Of a stretch of 28,579 nt of DNA, positions 27,301 to 28,579 are shown piece by piece. The translations under genes and the position numbers were made by a program. Source of the DNA: a bacterium (lineage in GTDB: Bacteria > Krumholzibacteriota > Krumholzibacteriia > Krumholzibacteriales > WJIX01); contig JAGHBT010000225.1 of NCBI GenBank assembly GCA_021160845.1, positions 1-28,579 on the forward strand, written 5' to 3'. The notes beneath the pieces are model-generated. The model saw only the letters and a program-made list of their open reading frames with translations. It was not told where the DNA came from and did not search any database. Position 1 is the stretch's first letter, and every line of letters starts with the position of its first letter.

Positions 27301-28579
27301 AGGAGAACGAGGAGCTGCATTCTCAAGTGAAAGAACTGACAATATAGCCGGTGTTTGTATCTCAATAATTCCATAACCTGTATTTTCAATACCGGAATCA
27401 AAACTCAAAAATTGCAATCTGTTATCCTCAAATACACCAACACGGCTGTATATCTCCAAATTTTCAGTATTTGTTACCAAGGGAGATGGAGTGACGCTGA
27501 ATACAAGGTGCCCGGATTCTCCTCCGGCCAACACAATTCCGCCGCCGGAAAATCCGGAGGGCAGAGTGGGTACTGAGAGATTATAATTGCTGTATATATA
27601 AGTGCTATCCATAGAAAGTGTCACATCTGCTTCACCCTGATTTTCAACTAGAAGATCGACTTTCCAGACCGAGGTTTGTCCTGAAGTAATAGCATCTTGG
27701 CTAATGGTAGTCCCTGTAACAGCAACAACGGCGGGGTCCTGAATAAAAATGTACCCTCCCCCTCCATTAAATGTGTCATCGGTTACTATATTACCACTGT
27801 TCACGTCACTCGCGGTTACGTAAGCATTAATTGCAGCTATACCCGTGGATGAACCGGTTGATGTAATTCTGAACAAAAGGGTGTCTACCTGATTCCCCGC
27901 TAGAATAGTTGTTCCGGACCTCTGAAGGCTCTCAGGGTTTACAATGGTGTATTCTCCCGTACAATCACCAGAACCTGGGATATTAAAAGTCAGGTATGTA
28001 TTCAGATCTGAAAGATCCATATCTACTGACGCTTCGCCAGTGTTGTGGACGATCATCCTTACAAGCCAGGCGGGCTGTAAAGACGCCGTAACACTCTGGG
28101 GACTTACGATACTTGTAATACTTAAACGGGGAGCCACTTCAATTTCAATACTATCGGCAACAGAAGAAAGGTTTGTTTCAAAATCATTCCCATTCTCGAT
28201 CCCTTCAAGATGGATCAGAAACATGTAGGATCCAGCCGCAATAGAAGTGTCGACCGTGCTACTCTCAAACCTAAGGGTAATACTCTCTCCCCCTGAAATC
28301 ATATTTTGTGAAGTGGACGAGAGATACGCCTTAAAACTATCTTCATCTGCGTCAGCGAAAGATATGTACGTATTTGAAGGATAAAGTTCCAAAGTGGAAT
28401 GTTCATTATCTGAATTCAATATCCCCAATTCCACGGAGATTTCGGTTCCCCCGCTCGCCGAAAGAGGAGATAGGCTGGACAACACATATTCCGGAATTGG
28501 CTGCAGTTCAAACTTAACTGAATCAGTAGTCGTGATTGTTCCGGGGTAAGTATAAACTGTGTTACCACTATTAATCTCA
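24319..28579 (-). CDS. Giant secreted/surface protein with repeated Ig-like (CARDB-like) modules and a FlgD/T9SS type-A-like C-terminal domain (5' end outside the window)
   Basis: The frame stays open from 28485 to the window edge (EINSGNTVYTYPG...), so the track start is not the true start. Ser/Thr/Asp-rich repeated V.N.GEA/GG modules. C-terminal HNYPNPF...IKIYDYTG...WDGRNGRGELVRNGIYICKI. Confidence 0.88.
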   Translation of the reverse strand, partial: EINSGNTVYTYPGTITTTDSVKFELQPIPEYVLSSLSPLSASGGTEISVELGILNSDNEHSTLELYPSNTYISFADADEDSFKAYLSSTSQNMISGGESITLRFESSTVDTSIAAGSYMFLIHLEGIENGNDFETNLSSVADSIEIEVAPRLSITSIVSPQSVTASLQPAWLVRMIVHNTGEASVDMDLSDLNTYLTFNIPGSGDCTGEYTIVNPESLQRSGTTILAGNQVDTLLFRITSTGSSTGIAAINAYVTASDVNSGNIVTDDTFNGGGGYIFIQDPAVVAVTGTTISQDAITSGQTSVWKVDLLVENQGEADVTLSMDSTYIYSNYNLSVPTLPSGFSGGGIVLAGGESGHLVFSVTPSPLVTNTENLEIYSRVGVFEDNRLQFLSFDSGIENTGYGIIEIQTPAILSVLSLENAAPRSPFVNCEQYFPIVVQVENSGGAAADSIAVSLSGEGASFIEKPIHYLILLDEGEVAEDTFYVRASSSAATEDFSVVLESAVDTNSGQSNIVKFSEAVDSTATAEIQNHGILDITRVAPSQIYLTAGQTVDWFLTAVVRNSGEAPVTLNQPGSEDINFFKNLNQLTDYLVIAPSEFASGASGFTLMGGGIDSLEYQISSTGVDTGTVSVSMLLDWLDENNPDSAQTQASGDSAVIVREPAGLRIISVESDAPNNLLIPNTSIVNITQEFNITVRIENTGGDELDSIDVSLVTDGSSVISLSDSCPYLDTGTQGIFVFDVTASSNKGVEILSASITKAVSVSTGEEIYPIQAVESVENIQIQSAAELVCKVGIISPPGAVDDTLSTEQNFTVTASVSNRGEALVDNSGRITITLPDGFSSVYPVHEPLTRIFIPNENVAWTLLSPSAVATSDILRVGITTSPVDINIGAPAFCAEPLDSITILTEEKGVVRNCNLSVDSPPGAVDRLLSTNQNFSLRAAVTPSANSDGVWLELSLPSGYSVDGDLKRDVESGEGTETYVVWSLTAPPDEDLQKRQIQLTTGGVDVNSGIAFSGCNYSLEVETESAALINLSAAISGPQQALEGELSVNLPFTVEAEIENKGRAVIDTTGARLKIALPPGYSFINGDSSKAFRIGEPIIWNLKAPSTKSPPGNIRIYFAEPYANDSNTNKTAEIDTAEILIPVKTEAGTVAMNNISESDTIAIPPHVVPQGTRDVPMLKISFSNNSAYTVGLDTLYVTIRDVNGMDIENPSQFVDSVSFVTEDGRRYSSEADGINPIPIIVDHGFTINSTDSATASVEVDIALSVPIGGMRVELVRSNDIKFSIGGQSAPVSVVWRGGGSEIAGHFYNTPFTIMSGNFSEYAHNYPNPFRAGSENTRIAYFLVEDVNVNIKIYDYTGILVWSKDIAAGSEGATGSPGGEECIVLWDGRNGRGELVRNGIYICKITAGPNSAIFKIAIAK

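Noticed and set aside
1097-28228. All plus-strand ORFs in the track (e.g. 1477-1863, 2507-2911, 9893-10333, 14399-14830, 15209-15553, 18064-18489)
   Set aside because: They lie antisense to well-supported genes, are short, and show no recognisable motifs.
1-28579. CRISPR array, tRNA/rRNA, prophage or integrase
   Set aside because: By eye I found no regularly spaced direct repeats, cloverleaf signatures, or phage/recombinase motifs. tRNAscan-SE and CRISPR finders would confirm.

Overview
Gene-dense bacterial chromosomal window with every credible gene on the minus strand. Outer-membrane beta-barrels, a PorV/PorQ-like barrel and T9SS/FlgD-type C-terminal domains point to a diderm, probably FCB-group organism (inference). 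In transcription order (right to left) there are four blocks. (1) A tightly coupled signalling locus: giant secreted Ig-repeat protein (runs off the window), PorV-like barrel-TPR fusion, a 1444-aa fusion (RsbW-like kinase / TM-sensor-TM / HAMP / PP2C / IS481-like double HTH / 3 STAS), an orphan ParA, a cytoplasmic TPR protein and two free STAS proteins. (2) An envelope block: vWA-GATase-like membrane protein, double lamin-tail secreted protein, a small barrel and an HhH-barrel protein. (3) A 511-aa hypothetical and a housekeeping run: class I/II aminotransferase, carbamate kinase, purD, purE, tsaC. (4) An OM beta-barrel and a secreted papain-like (C39-like) peptidase that runs off the left edge and is missing from the ORF track. 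I saw no rRNA, tRNA, CRISPR array or intact mobile element. The best candidate for an undescribed system is block 1, a putative trans-envelope partner-switching circuit. All family calls come from motif recognition by eye, not database searches.
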